From Bugula neritina (lineage: Eukaryota > Animalia > Bryozoa): DNA of 64,000 nucleotides. The stretch spans positions 13,774,698 to 13,838,697 of the forward strand of contig OZ037765.1 in the NCBI GenBank assembly GCA_964035545.1, given 5' to 3'. Shown here in pieces: positions 11,501 to 26,106 of the stretch; within the stretch, counting starts at the first letter, position 1, and each line of letters opens with the position of its first letter. The notes below the pieces were generated by a model. The model did no database searches and was not told the DNA's origin. It saw nothing but the letters and a program-made list of their open reading frames with translations. The position numbers and the translations under genes were made by a program.

Positions 11501-14500
11501 GATAAGACATACAGCTACACAAACTGTAAAGGAAGACACCCCTACTGCCCTTGTCTCTCCTATTACTACATCTAGTTCTTTACTTCATTCTTGTGAGTTC
11601 ATTCATTTATAATTTCTAGTGCGTATTTCTGTACTATGTTTTCCCCCCTTACATCAATATAGTACTCTACTGAACAGGACTCACAATCCTCAACTAGATG
11701 CAGTTCCGGCGCCCAGACTAGACTCATACATGCATAAGCTGTAGTTAACAGAGAGATTGTGCTGGTTTCTAGTAATCAAGGGGATATTTACTATTTCGCA
11801 AGATTTTTGCTGCAACATGTAGCACCTGTTGATATTGGTTATACATATATGTATGTTGTTCTATAGTCTATTCAGTTGTTATACACACATGTTATACTGC
11901 ACAACAAATGTGTACAGTATGCAGTATAACACATGTGTACTGTATGCAGTATAACACAAGTATGTAGTAGTGTAATACAAGTAGTACAAAGTATGCGATA
12001 CTACGTATGCCAGACTGTGTATTAAGCAGATGTGAGACATATGTTTAATGTACAATTGTGTCTCCAAGTCAGTAGAGACATTACAAAACACCTGCTGACC
12101 TCCTACTTACTTTCTCCCCTTGAAGTACCATTTCTCTGTCTCATATTAGTGTTGAGTCAGGTCTGGGAGACCAAGTCCCAAACATTGCTGCTTACACTTA
12201 TAGTAATGTGAACGTGATTCATATGAATCTTCACTTGTTCTCCACACGTATGCTGTCTGTCAGGTGAGGTGAGAGGCAGCATGTACTGTAGAGTTTAGTT
12301 ACATTTTTATTCCACACTAAACTTAAGAGCTGAAATATTTATAAACTCATCACCAATATAGCATTTGACTAGGGTGTAGTAGAGATTAATTACAGTGATG
12401 TTTTATTCTTAGCATCAGCGTTGCCTGGATGTAGTAATGTGAAAACAGAGAGCGGCTGTGGTGCTGGTGATAGAGATGGCCAAGCATCTCTGTGCCAGGA
12501 GTGGGTGGACTCTTGCTATGCAAATACGGCAGCACACAGTTACAGGGACACTGTGAAAGACATACCCATCTCTGACGAGGAGCTGGTTGATGTGGGGGAG
12601 GCTGACCAAGATGATGTCTTTACAGACAGCCACAGCAGCGCACACCAACAGCTTGTTTCTGGTAGTAGAGGTGACAGAGACTTACCAGAGCTTGGCAAAT
12701 GTGTTGGTGGCAGCATCTCCTCACCAAAGAAGGTAGTCACTTCCGTACAGGTGATCTGTGTAGAGTTAGTCCACCTACATGGTGATCTGTGTAGAGTTAG
12801 TCCACCTACATGGTGATCTGTGTAGAGTTAGTCCACCTACATGGTGATCTATGTAGAGTTAGTCCACCTACATGGTGATCTGTGTAGAGTTAGTCCACCT
12901 ACATGGTGATCTGTGTAGAGTTAGTCCACCTACATGGTGATCTATGTAGAGTTAGTCCACCTACATGGTGATCTATGTAGAGTTAGTCCACCTACATGGT
13001 GATCTGTGTAGAGTTAGTCCACCTACATGGTGATCTATGTAGAGTTAGTCCACCTACATGGTGATCTATGTAGAGTTAGTCCACCTACATGGTGATCTAT
13101 GTAGAGTTAGTCCACCTACATGGTGATCTATGTAGAGTTAGTCCACCTACATGGTGATCTGTGTAGAGTTAGTCCACCTACATGGTGATCTATGTAGAGT
13201 TAGTCCACCTACATGGTGATCTGTGTAGAGCATTCAATCAACAAATCTTTTGTGCTACTCTGAAACCCCTTGTTCCATGTTATCGATAAACCCTTATGGT
13301 CAGACATTATGACTAAATGTGAAAATACAAGTTTTTATTAGTACAAGTACACTTTTCTCTAGTTGGTCTAGAAAGAGTAAATATGTACGTGTCCCACAAT
13401 GTCTGTAGCAGAAGATCTCACAACCCAGGAGACCGATGAACGCCTTTCTGATATTCTCTAAAAGGCACCGCACTCTCGTACACCAGCGGCACCCTAATTT
13501 GGACAACAGGGCGGTGAGCAAGATACTAGGGGAATGGTGGTACGCTATGGACCCTGAGTCTAAGGCCAAGTACTATGAGCTGGCTAAGCAGGTACTCTCA
13601 ATTATAACATGGGAATAGGTTTTAGCCTGCCTCACTCTAATGAATAATGAATGTCCCCTCTCCCCCTCATGTAGTAGGTGTAATAATATTGAAATACATC
13701 AACTTTTCACCACTTGATAATGTTGGTGTAGCTCTAATGTGAGTGATCCTCACACTAGGACACAGGCAAAGCTAATCATCTCCTGTCTTCATCCAGCACT
13801 GGCTCTAGTCATTAAGTTGCTAATTATTAATTTATTGGTCTGCTGCATGTCACTGAAAGAGTGATGGACTTAGTATTTTAATAGTACTACCATACCAACT
13901 AGTAACCAGCTTAGCGAAAGCATATAATCTTAGCCAGCTAGCTGTGTGGGATGTATCCGCACACTCTGCACTCCCCTTACTATGTTATTGTGTGGCCCCT
14001 TGTTCATTGTCATTGTGGAATGTGTGGAGTAATAATGGCAGTAGCTTTCACTGCAAAATGTCCTTTGTCTAGGCTATTACCTATTATTGTTATATCTTAA
14101 CACAATCTAAAGATTTCAATAGTTCTATTTATGCATATTACATAATGTCTAATGCATTGTAAAACCTGTTATAATGTGTACATTATCTAATATTGAATAA
14201 TGAATGATATACTTTTCTATATGGAGTGTAGCATTCCAAGTGTAGTAATAAGCCATCTGCATTGAATAAGAGCATATGTTGCACACATTGTGCTGAATTA
14301 CACTCTGTATTAATTGTAATATAAATATTGTGTCACAGTATAAAGGCTGAATATATAATGTTAAGTTCAACTTCATAGTATACGGGTATTATGTAATGCC
14401 CAGCAGTTGTACTATGCCCACCTCTACTATCAATCCTATACTATCAAGGGCTGTGCAAACCATGAATTTCCTAGTACCCTTATAATAATAAGTTTAAGTT

Positions 14501-17500
14501 GTGAACCATTGTCTTAGAGTAATTGTTCCAATACTTGTTTAAATTTAGTATATTTGGGTGTGTTTGTTTATATTCGGAATTTTTTTTCACATTTCAACTT
14601 ATTAGTGAAGTTTGCAAGAATAGTTTTTGCCTAGAGTTGTATGGAGATATTAATGCAGGGAAAGATGGGTTGTAAAATGAACTGCTTCTATGCCCAGAGC
14701 CATCTCTATGGTATTCTGTAGGTGAAGGATGCTCACTTTAAGGCCTACCCCCACTGGAAATGGTGTAATAAGGAGAGGAGAAAAGATAGCAGCAGCAGCT
14801 TTAATACTTCTAGACTACACAGCACAGCGTCGGCAGCATCGGATGAAGCAGACGACGATGATGTCCATTCAGCTTTCTTTGATGGTGAGTGACGCCAGAA
14901 GTACTCTCAACAATATCGTATTCCTCCAGTAAATTAATAGTACTCACAGTGATATGGTAGTACTCACAGTGATATAGTAGTACTCACAGTGACGCCAGAA
15001 GTACTCACAGTGATATAGTGGTACTCACAGTGGTATAGTAATACTCACAGTAATATGGTAGTACCCACAGTGATATAGTGGTACTCACAGTGATATAGTA
15101 GTACTCACAGTGGTATAGTAATACTCACAGTGATATAGTGGTACTCACAGTGGTATAGTAATACTCACAGTGGTATAGTGGTACTCACAGTGGTATAGTA
15201 ATACTCACAGTAATATGGTAGTACCCACAGTGATATAGTAGTACTCACAGTAATATGGTAGTACTCGCAGTGATATAGTAGTACCCACAGTGATATAGTG
15301 GTACTCACAGTGATATAGTGGTACTCACAGTGGTATAGTAATACTCACAGTGGTATAGTGGTACTCACAGTGGTATAGTAATACTCACAGTAATATGGTA
15401 GTACTCACAGTAATATGGTAGTACTCACAGTGATATAGTAGTACTCACAGTGATATAGTGGTACTCACAGTGGTATAGTAATACTCACAGTAATATGGTA
15501 GTACCCACAGTGATATAGTAGTACTCACAGTGATATAGTAGTACTCACAGTGATATAGTAATACTCATAGCAGTACAATGGTACTCGCAGTGTTCTATTA
15601 GTAGTCATAGTGATGAGTAGTAATAGTAGTAATAGTATTCACATTGAGATACTGCATTGTCACTTTACCCACAAGGTCATTTAGTGTGCCACGGCTCCAT
15701 AGCTACGTGCTAATTAATTATACATCAGTTACTAGATCCAACTGACAAGCACCCATGTACTTAAGGATAAATGGCTGCAGCACATTTGTATAAGTTCGCT
15801 GCTCATGTTGCTTGCTCTACCTTGCCCAGCTTAGCCTTAGGCTCATTCTTGAGTTAAGTTATGACTTATGACTTTCATCTATAACTTATGTTTTCTAACA
15901 CTTACATGTGAATCTGTTTAACATTACATTTTACTTTATAAACAGTTGCTCTGTGTATGTGCTATATTATTGTATAGCACACACTACAGTAATTCATACG
16001 TTATCATGATACAGCTTTCAAGTTACCAAACCGTGCTATCTTCCAGAGTAGTAGATTTAAAAATAGATATATACCTGTATAAATTACATTGTACGTAATA
16101 CCTGGTATACTTTTAATTGCATTTTATCAACATTATGTTGTGTAAGGTAAATCATAGGTTCTGTTTTTGTATTACAAAATTTTGAGGTGACTAGATGATA
16201 ACTTTACTTTGAAATATGTGAAATTAGTTTTGCAAAACTGGATGTTATTGGAGTTGTATATCCTATTACGTGACCTAGCCTTACTATTGAAGCTGTGCTC
16301 ATGTGTAAGATGTTTGCACATTCTTTGTACGCAGCCTTGCTTCAGGACACTTGAATTATTGATTTACGCACATTCATTATGCAACTCTTGCTTTGATAGT
16401 ATTATGAGTACTATTATACTAGCTATATCAGAATACCCATGGTATCATAATCTAGGTTGACTTTGCGTAGCTAGTGACACCCTGCCCCTTATATTTATTC
16501 ACAGCACCCAATAATGCTTTATCAGCTCTCAGTCTTGAGTTTTACAATCTTTAATCAAATATTTGATAAGGTTTTTTTTCTTAACCACATCCCACAGTGC
16601 ACATGAATATTTCCTGGGACTGGTGTAAACCTGCAATTATCACAGTTACTGATAGCCCAGTTACTAGTGTAATTACTACTGTAGTAGTCGATCAATGCTG
16701 GTATTGTCTAATATATGTACGCGTTATATCACATCATTGGAAGTGACTTGTACAACAATTTCTGCAGCATTAACAGCTGGGTCTTCTAGTGGAATTTCTA
16801 ACTCCTTCCAGAAAGGGCTATCAGCTGAAATATAATATACATACTAATCCTACTAAAGTGAAGAAAGAAACTATACAATGCAGTCTTAATTTTAGTTTTA
16901 GTTTTAAGCATAAAGTACTAATTCTAACAATACTAGGCTTGCTATTTCAACTTTGTCTACAATCAACAGTCTCTGAATAATCTGCTGCATTACCATCTGC
17001 TTATAGAATTCCTGCCTGGCTGTAGCTGGGATGTAGTATGTGCAAAGTTGTATGTGAAGATATTAATACTGTTTTATTTGTAGATATTGAAAAGAATGAG
17101 CAGATAGATTTGCCCCTGTTTGATGTTGCTAAGGCTGTGAATAAAACCTACCAGGGTTTGTATTTAATTATAAATTTCCTGTTGTACTTATGGGTGTGAA
17201 ATGCAGTAGTACGTTGCAGCTACATCAGTGTATACTATATATGTTTGATATTGTCTCTGCATATATTATTTGGTGTCTCACATCTCTTGGCCCCCATCCT
17301 GTCTACACACTGACTATGGCCAGAAAATAGTGCATACAGAGTAGGATTTGATATCCAGTGTTGAATGTGCATAAAGCAGTGACTGATGAAAAACTCTTTG
17401 GTCATGGAGGAACATACTATCTCTATTTTCCGTACTGAGGAGTTAATGTTGAAATTACATTGAGTTGAAGTGCTAACTTACCAACAGACTTGTATGGTTA

Positions 17501-20500
17501 ACATGAATAGATTTGCACAATTTTATTTATTTTAGTTGTCAAAATTATTTTCAGCAGCATAAACTAACTTCTAGGTAACTAAACTTGTTGAGTTAGGACT
17601 CAAACTTGAATGTTTTCATAGTATAGGTATGTCTTTTGTACAGCTAATGGCAGTGATACTGAAAGTGCTGAAGAGTTTTCAAGTGAAGGCGTGTCCGAGA
17701 GTCAGCGCCTCTCCTTCAAACAGAACGCTGCCAACTACAAGCTGCTTGCACCTGCTGCCGGTGACGGCCAAGTGTCTTCTAGATCTCCTGACAACACTCT
17801 GCGACCAACACCAATAAAACTAGAGGTATACGGCTCTGTGCTCAGCTGTTTTGTTGTGCATTACATGAGTTTTACTCTGCAACTAACTATAAAGAACTGT
17901 GAATATGTGAATTTTTAATGTTTAATACATAAACCTGGTAGCAGGTTGCATTGCAACAGCAAACTGAGGACGAAGTAGACATGCATATAATATATATTAT
18001 ATAGCGACAGGCCGACACAAACATTGTACATTATAGGACAGCAAGTGTAACTCTCCCCCCAGGCCATCTAGCAATGGGAGTTTTCATCCCACAGCTTCTG
18101 TATTCAAAGTTCATCCATCCAGGTCAGATGAAATGGGCTTGTATGCTGGCAAGTCTCCCTCTAGCAATTTTCAGAACAACGCTAGAGACCTTGGTAAGTA
18201 TTTCAATAGAATCCATCCACAACTCTACAAGTATGAATGTTTCATAGCAGGAAATACAGGCTGGGTTGTTAGCTTACAAGTTGGAGGTGCATTATTGTAA
18301 TCCACTTTCAACAATTTTGAAACTTGTTGATAACTTGAATTTTTTTCCTTATTGCAGATTGTACAGAAGGTCTGCGTGATTCATCAGTGCAAAAACAGCC
18401 CTATAGTCAAATGGATGGTATGTTTTGGTTTATTCGGCTGGTTGAGAATTTAAAATGAGTAGCATGAGAGTAATAGTAGTTACAGTAGTAATAGTTAGAG
18501 TAGTAATAGTTAGAGTAGTACTAGTTACAGTAGTAATAGTTAGAGTAGTAATAGTTACAGTAGTAATAGTTACAGTAGTACTAGTTACAGTAGTAATAGT
18601 TAGAGTAGTAATAGTTACAGTAGTACTAGTTACAGTAGTACTAGTTCCAGTAGTACTAGTTACAGTAGTACTAGTTACAGTAGTACTAGTTACAGTAGTA
18701 CTAGTTCCAGTAGTACTAGTTGCAGTAGTACTAGTTACAGTAGTACTAGTTAGAGTAGTGATTGTGAGTAGTGAGAGTACTGATAGTAAAGAGTGATAGT
18801 GGTGAAAGCTATATGTGTTTTTCATTCATTATGTTTGAGTTTGTGTAGTTCATCCAAATGTATTAAGGTTAACAGTGGTAGTAAAATGACAGATACTGTA
18901 GAAGACCATGTTTATAGTTAATAAGTTGAAAAATCTTGGCAATTAAAACAATTAAGTGGTTCATATAAGGTTATTTTCATTTTTTGCATTTAGAAAACTT
19001 CAAGTCTATTCTATGCTAGTGAACTCTTGCCTCTTGTAGAATTTGTATTAGTGATTATACTATTTCATGCCCCCAGGTTCTAGGTCACTTATGACACCAT
19101 TTCTATCATGGATATGTGTCTCTATTATTGTGTATTTCTTGAATAGCAGCACACAGCAATGGGAGTGTACATGTGTCGGCTGTTCACAGCCGAACACCTG
19201 TACAGTGTGTACTGCCCTGGACCAACACAGTCCCCAATCTGAGCAGCTCTGAACAGAATGGTACAAAGGTTGTAATTTCGCTGCCTGGCACTACAGCACC
19301 ACAAGATACCACCCTGACTTCAAATGTAAATGTAAGTCATTCTATCTTCTTTTATACTCAAGAGGTCGTTTGTAGCTCATTATGTACACTTCTGTATTAT
19401 AAGTAGTTGTTGGCAAGTTTGCCCAATGATATACCAATGTTTCTAGTTCATCACCGTTTTGTTTGTTTTCAAGTTAGTGACTTTTGCACACTGGATTTAA
19501 TGAATTTGGTATATGTTAAACCAAAGTGTTTTGGGTATGGCTGTCTTACTAGCTTGTATTTTTAGATGTCATCTCAAGCCAAATACACTGAATTAACAAG
19601 TATGACTGGTGGAAATACCGCAGGGTAAGAGATATTAAAATTTTCCTTCTCGTTTGAATCAAATGTAACTCTATTTTTATGAAGAGTATTTAAAGCACTA
19701 GTCTCACAAGAAGCTGCTAGCTCTAAAATATCATTTACTTGTCTCTTCTGGCTACTACTTTTTCCAAAGCAAGTTGATTTTATAGTTTTTACAAATTATA
19801 ACTAATAAGTACTTTTTAAAATATTTTATAAGTTACATACACCATTTACCATTACATTTGACTATTGAATTTTAAATGATAAAGTTAGCTTTATCATTTT
19901 CTTCAATTTTTTCAGAGTTATTATACTAGTATGTTAGCATACAAAATAATGTACTAGCAACTAAGAACAACATTATAGTGTTCACAATTATTATACACTG
20001 ATAAAACTTTTACCATAATAATTTTAGCAATAGTTAACATTGTCAACAATTAGAACTAAGTTGCTATAATACAGGGCATCATACCTCACTATCATATTGC
20101 TATGATAGTAATAATCTAAGTTTTGTAACTGCAGTGTTTACAGTAAACATGAAGGTTATCAATGACTTATTAATAGAAACACTTAGCATAATTGAAAAAA
20201 ATATCTTCTCTATTACTATGTAGGAATGCTAGAAAAGTGTTTACTTTTTGATTCGTTTATGTTCAGCTATTATTAGTTAATAGTTATGTAAGTAAAATAA
20301 AGTATACTAGCATAGCCATAGTTATAATCATAATGATTGTTATGATGAAAATATGAATATTTTAAGCCAACAGTCACGGAATAAAATTTCTTACACTCGA
20401 ATAAAAATAAGTGTAATTGTAACAAGTATAATTAGTATCACAACTATACTACTCACTCCTTATAATTATATGGTGGCTGTGTAGCGTGAAGAGTCTATAT

Positions 20501-23500
20501 TAAACTATAGGTTTTTAATCGCCGGATGAAGCCTAGAATACTCAATAATCTACGCCAGACCAGCCACTATGCAGTAATTTAATGGATGGATAGAATGTTT
20601 AATAAATGTAAAATGCAATCAGCTGCTAAAAATATTGTAAAGCATACACAATGCTACTTCTTTCAGTATTGCGTTCATTTATTGTAATTATAATATTTTT
20701 TAAATGACCTAGATATGCAAGCTTGAACATCGCTAAAATTAATTAAAATTAAATTAAATAGCTACTATAATAAATTAGCAAACCATTATTGCCACAGTGT
20801 AGGCTGAAAGGAGCAGGTTTAACCTAATGTTGCGGTCTTCTACTGCCTTTACAATGCTGAGAAATGCCATCTACAATTTACAAACTTGATTACTTACCTA
20901 ATTTAAAATTAAATGCATGGTCATTACTGATAACTATAATAAATATTTCAAACAGTCTAATATGCTGCTATTTGAAGCGTGGCCACTGAACAATATTTTT
21001 ATTTTATATTTTAACAATTTGAATTGGTGATTTATAGGTAACAAAACTTTTTAGTGTTCTACTTTGCTGTTAGTAGCTACGCTCCTTTAGCACATAAATA
21101 TAAAAGATCAATCTGCAAAGTTTAGGCATCTTCTACACCACAATTCACCATGAACTTAATACTTTTAACATATATGCAATGATAAATATTATAATTTGTT
21201 CAAATACTGACATTTTACTCTGTTTTATTTGCTTATAGAAATGAAAACTAAAAAAGTATAATAAACATATTTCAAGGATAAACTGGGTTTACACATAAGA
21301 ATTCTGATAGCACCTAATTGTGTATTAGCTATTTTAGAATACGACTGAATTTATTTTGGTGTTTTAGAATATATACTCACTTAATTTTTATAATGTTTAT
21401 TATTCTTTGCTAAATAATATAGCATAATTTTCAGATTTATTTAAAGATTTTTTCGAGAGTAAAAGAAAGCTGTTTGTATGATTAGTTTCCAATTATGAAA
21501 GTTTAAATCACAATGTATATCTCTAGATGAATATTGGTATCCTCTGGTGTTATCAGTTATGGCGTATATATTTTAGACATGCCATGAAGTCAGCTGTTGA
21601 TGAACATGATGCCAGTTTCATGTTTTCTGCTCCTGATAAAACAGAAAAGCAGAAATCACTGTCACAGTGCAAAGGTATTTATTTTATATAATATACTTAT
21701 GACATTGTGTTAGGTAGTGAAGTGTAGAATACTAGAAATGAACCATAAATAATATTTAATTTATTTAATTTTTAACATAATATTTTATTAAGACATAACT
21801 AAAGCAACCATCCTCAAGATAGGTATCTTCTATTATTTAAGGTGTTTAAGAAAATATGTGCAGCCTAATGTGTGTTATATTTCACCAAAATATTAGATCA
21901 TCAGCTCTAATAGAATAAAAATATTAACTGTGGTGTTTAAAAGTTATCACCTCTTGATTCTTACCACTGATGGAGCCAGTAAACTATATTATAGTAATAT
22001 TACTGCATGGCCATAGTTACTGTAGCTTTTTATTTCTTTACCAGGTGAAGGCGATGTACCCACTGTGAATGCTACTAAAATAACAGGAAAGACTGAAGTA
22101 GGCTTTGTGAAAGACAATAAATTTTCACCTTCTAAACAGAAAGTAAAAGCTATAACTGCTAGTGTACCAGCAATTACACTTAGCAGTGTCAGTAGCAATT
22201 CTGCAACCACCAGTCTCTCCACAATCAGTGCACACAAACCTCCATCAAACTGTGCTACTGGCAATGCAAAGGTGAGACAGCTTTACTAAGCTACCATTGT
22301 ACAAATATTCTGCGTTTGTTGTAATAGTTTCATAGGAAGTCATGTGTTGTTGATGGTTGATGCTATTTGGTGCTGTAGAGAAGCAATGGGTTTCCTGCAG
22401 AACCTGGTAATGTGACATCTTCTACATCTGCACCTGCTCGCACTCCCCATGCTACTTCAGCTATATATAAGGTAGCTATGCTAGTAATACTATTCTTGCT
22501 GTAACGAACTAATGGCCTTTGCCAATATATTAAGTGTGGACAACCCACTATATAATACTTTGGTATACTCTGTAACACATTTTGGGCTGTAAATATATTA
22601 AAAACAATGGTTATGGCACTTGACTGCATTTGGCTCAGGAATATATGCAGTGCAGATAATGCAAAATAGTTAGCTTTATAATATTATACTCAAAGTAATA
22701 CTTTGCAGGTAAGCAGAATATGCATATGGCATAAATTAGCATAGGTTCTGCGGTCTATGGAGTGTCAACTGAGCTGATGGTCTTCTTGGTCTTGTGTGTT
22801 TGATGTTGGTGCAATTAGCATACTTACACATACTGTTTTTCAAATATGGAAAGTAGAGTTGTGTAGAGTAGTGTTAGTTACACTTGTTACTATACACTAT
22901 TCACTATATACTATACACTATTCACTATATACTATACACTATTCACTATATACTATACACTATTCACTATATACTATACACTATTCACTATATACTATAC
23001 ACTATTCACTATATACTATACACTATTCACTATATACTATACACTATTCACTATATACTATACACTATTCACTATATACTATACACTCTATATTTAGAAA
23101 CTGAAGAAGATCCCACCACCATTGGCACTACCCAGTCATATGATGGAAGAAACGGGCAGCACACTTCATTCTGTTAAATTATCTAAAAGTCCTTTGAAGA
23201 GTGGTACCTTCTTCAAAAAGAATATAGATAGTGAGCGAGACAGGTGTGTTTACAAAAACAGTTATTCGAAGTAGATATAGGCTTTTCATTCTTTTCTTTT
23301 AATGATTAAAGTTCCAACTACAGAAAATTATTCAAATTTGTCTTTTCTATCATAGACAAGGTACATTGATCTACAGAAAAAGGATTGTAAAACAATAAAC
23401 ACATCATTGATAAAGCAGAATATTTTTAGTTTCCAATTATGTCCTCTAGACAATAATTATTAATTGATTATTGATTATAATTGTAAAATATTATTCAAAA

Positions 23501-25376
23501 TAGTAAAAGAAGTTATTCACAGTTGATAATTTATAAGGATTATTTAATATGTTCTGTTAATGTATGCTCTTGGTATTAAAGAAGACAACTTTCAATAAAC
23601 TCAGCAGTAAACACAAAAATTCGCTTCAACTGCTTGTCTGACCTTGTTTTTATTTAGGGTACTGGAAAAAGTGAATTTTGAAAGCAAGTTTGATCAATTG
23701 CCGGAATTTCTTCCTGGTAAATCAGACAGCACTAGTGTCCCCCACAGTCCAAGTCTCTTACTTGCTGGTCTGAGGAAAAGAAAAGTAGAAAATGGGCCTC
23801 TAGAGAGCCCGGCCTCATCCCTACGCACCTCTAGCGCTCTCTCTAACTTGAGGTGGTGTTTTTTATTATTTTTAATGATAATATTGCTGGTGCTTCTTTT
23901 CATTATTGTCAACTAAATCGCTACACACTAGCTGATGAAAAGCGTGTTTAGCTACATAGTATTCCAGTTTAATCGAATATAAAAAGATTAATAGTTAGTT
24001 GCAAAATATGCTTTGCTTTTATTGCAAAGGCTTATGTTTTAATAAGATATACGCACCTTGATTTTGCCACCGCTTTTTCCCTGTTGCCAAGTATGTACAT
24101 TCAAGTGCTCCATTTTCCAACATAAATTGGTTATTCGTTGCAGTAAACAAATTTGACGAACTCTTGTTTGTTTGAGGACTACTTACATAAGTTAACTTGT
24201 TAAATATTTTAGTAATACTACTCCCAGCCATATGCAATCTGCTTTGGCGTCTGCTAGTAGCCAATTCTTTGGCCATGATTTCACAGCTGAGCATACAGGT
24301 GATGGCAGATGTGAGTATTCATACGATACAGTAAACCACTTTTTTAAAAGAATTATTATTTTTAATAAAAAGATGAGTTTTTATTATTCAGAGTGTGTTA
24401 GGAGTTATAGTCTGGTTAATGTCATTCAGAGAAATCTTATGACTTTTTATACATATGTTAAGTGATTTATTAAATGTTCACCATCATTTGTAGCTCTTGA
24501 AGATGTTAGTGATGTGGAATCCCCACTGCTACCATGTACACCTGGCTCACCTGCACCTTATTCTGCATCCAGACGTGTTCTAGACCAACGACGCCAGCTT
24601 GTAGCTCAGTTATTTAATAATCATGGGTTTTTTCCTTCTGGTAAGTCAAGTAGCTTTAAGTTACGTTTATATCTGCTGAAAAAAGTACTGAGTTTCAGTT
24701 AATAACACTCGTTCCGAGTACCCCTTTACAGTTTTACTGAAACTCGGTGAATAAAATCATATTGATGCAAAAGCTTACTTTCTAATAGTGAAATATGACT
24801 TTTAATCGCCATTTGATGCCCTTTGAAGACGTCGTGGATTAGTAGAGTTGGCGGCATAAAAGCGGTAATTGAGAAAGCGTAACCGATATATAATAGTATT
24901 ATAAATATATAAGTACGTCATCTAATCGTCAAAGTCATAATTAAACGCCGATATTTACAAGGAGTGGCTATTCCTTTTTATTTTCATTCTGAACTCGGCC
25001 GATTAAGTTATCACAGTACAAAAACTTGGCCAAATTGAATTTCTGACTGAAAATTGTGAAGGTATAAACGCAACTTAAGTCAGAGCATATAATATGTTGG
25101 TCTAGATTCTTTATAATATTTTAGTCAGGTATTTTGGCTTGATTTTCAGCTGACGCTACTGGAAGTTTCTTTGCTGAACATCGTGATGTTTTTGTTACAA
25201 AGAATTTGCTCCAGTCAAAGATAAGAGAAGTCCGGCAGAAGATGATGGGTATTCAGCAGAACACCAGTGATTCGGCAGGTCTACTGCATGATTCTGTTGA
25301 TAAGCGTACTGTTGGATCATTTCCCGCAACTAATACTTTGTCAAACGGAGTAAATAGCAAACAAGATCTTACCTAG
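8566..25376 (+). CDS. CIC: Protein capicua homolog (HMG-box repressor), long isoform, ~1448 aa
   Basis: Exons: 8566-9069, 9638-10736, 11446-11592, 12413-12732, 13409-13591, 14722-14884, 17084-17155, 17644-17825, 18037-18193, 18358-18417, 19147-19331, 19566-19624, 21577-21674, 22045-22271, 22379-22471, 23098-23243, 23658-23852, 24228-24310, 24494-24640, 25150-25376 (4347 nt, frame intact). Motifs: CIC-L N1 ([42 protein letters not shown]), ATXN1-binding-like [11 protein letters not shown] box ([43 protein letters not shown]), C2-region motif [19 protein letters not shown]1 domain ([34 protein letters not shown]). Small middle exons are less certain than the domain exons. Confidence 0.95.
10770..10796 (+). 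repeat. Poly(A) run (27 nt) in CIC intron 2
   Basis: Directly visible. Confidence 0.95.
12750..13230. repeat. 31-bp minisatellite, ~15.5 copies
   Basis: Unit GGTGATCT[G/A]TGTAGAGTTAGTCCACCTACAT, head to tail with no spacers. Confidence 0.97.
14935..15600. repeat. 20-bp minisatellite, ~33 copies
   Basis: Unit GTACTCACAGTGATATAGTA with variants. Degenerate units extend back to ~14890. Confidence 0.95.
18465..18760. repeat. 15-bp minisatellite, ~20 copies
   Basis: Unit AGTAGTA[A/C]TAGTTA[C/G]. It generates the spurious Thr-rich and Val-rich ORFs in the track. Confidence 0.95.
20471..20570. mobile_element. Possible ~100-bp MITE-like element
   Basis: Imperfect terminal inverted repeats TGGTGGCTGTGTAGCGTGAA and TCTACGCCAGACCAGCCACTA. 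No clear TSD. Confidence 0.3.
22890..23087. repeat. 21-bp minisatellite, ~9 copies
   Basis: Unit TATACACTATTCACTATATAC, ending about 10 nt before the acceptor AG at 23096-23097. Confidence 0.95.
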
Positions 25377-26106
25377 TACTGTATTTATCAATAATTAAAA
25401 TTCAATCAAAATTCTGGCAAAAAGCTACCACGATACTAAACAGGACATTAGACTATTTTATATACTTAAGGCTTATTTTGTTCGCTCAATACATGTTCTA
25501 TTTTAGTTGTGATACTAGTTAATGGGTTATTTACATGTGTGGTAGATACCATTTCTCTTGGAGATAGATGTACAAGGTTTGATAAACCTTAACTTAAAAT
25601 TAGGATTGGGTAAGAATGTGGAGAAATTGCAATATTAATGTATTGCTGCATTTAGCAGTGAGAATGCCTGTTTTATTATTCTTTAATAATTATTTTGGGA
25701 AATGTTGTCAGACAATTTTTGTGCTTTCTGATTGCTCACAAGAGTAAATATTTTGTCTCACTTTATAGTTCACAATTTTGTGAATATTTTGTACGCGCAA
25801 GTTAGCAAACTGTGTCTGAAAGACTGGATGTGACTTTATTTTGATAAAAATTTACAGAAATTGATACTGAGGATGGATGCATCTCAAACAGATTGTTGCA
25901 AGACACCGAGTGGCAAAGCCATATTTTATTGCAATGTTTTTTAGTAAATAAATTTATTTTTTATTTACAAAGTTATATAAATTTAAAATTAAATATAATA
26001 AATTGCTATTTTCAATAAAAAGTGGATTTATTTGAAAACTTCAATAGCACCTTATAACTTGAAGTATTATAGAAGAATAGTTTGTGAATTATTGGTAACC
26101 AGAAGA

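Noticed and set aside
12750-13230. 31-bp repeats as a CRISPR array
   Set aside because: Units are contiguous with no unique spacers, there are no cas genes, and the context is a eukaryotic intron.
18430-18825. Mucin-like Thr-rich ORF and Val-rich ORF
   Set aside because: Translations of the 15-bp minisatellite inside a CIC intron, with no splice or signal support.
19210-19245. LPWTNTVP as a second ataxin-1-binding-like motif in CIC
   Set aside because: The match is too short and is in the wrong position relative to the HMG box.
22796-23104. YSLYTIH and YILYTIH repeat ORFs
   Set aside because: Translations of the 21-bp minisatellite; the true exon starts at 23098 in another frame.
24705-25100. 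CpG-richer intronic segment in the last CIC intron
   Set aside because: Probably a repeat remnant, but no TIR, TSD or ORF could be defined.
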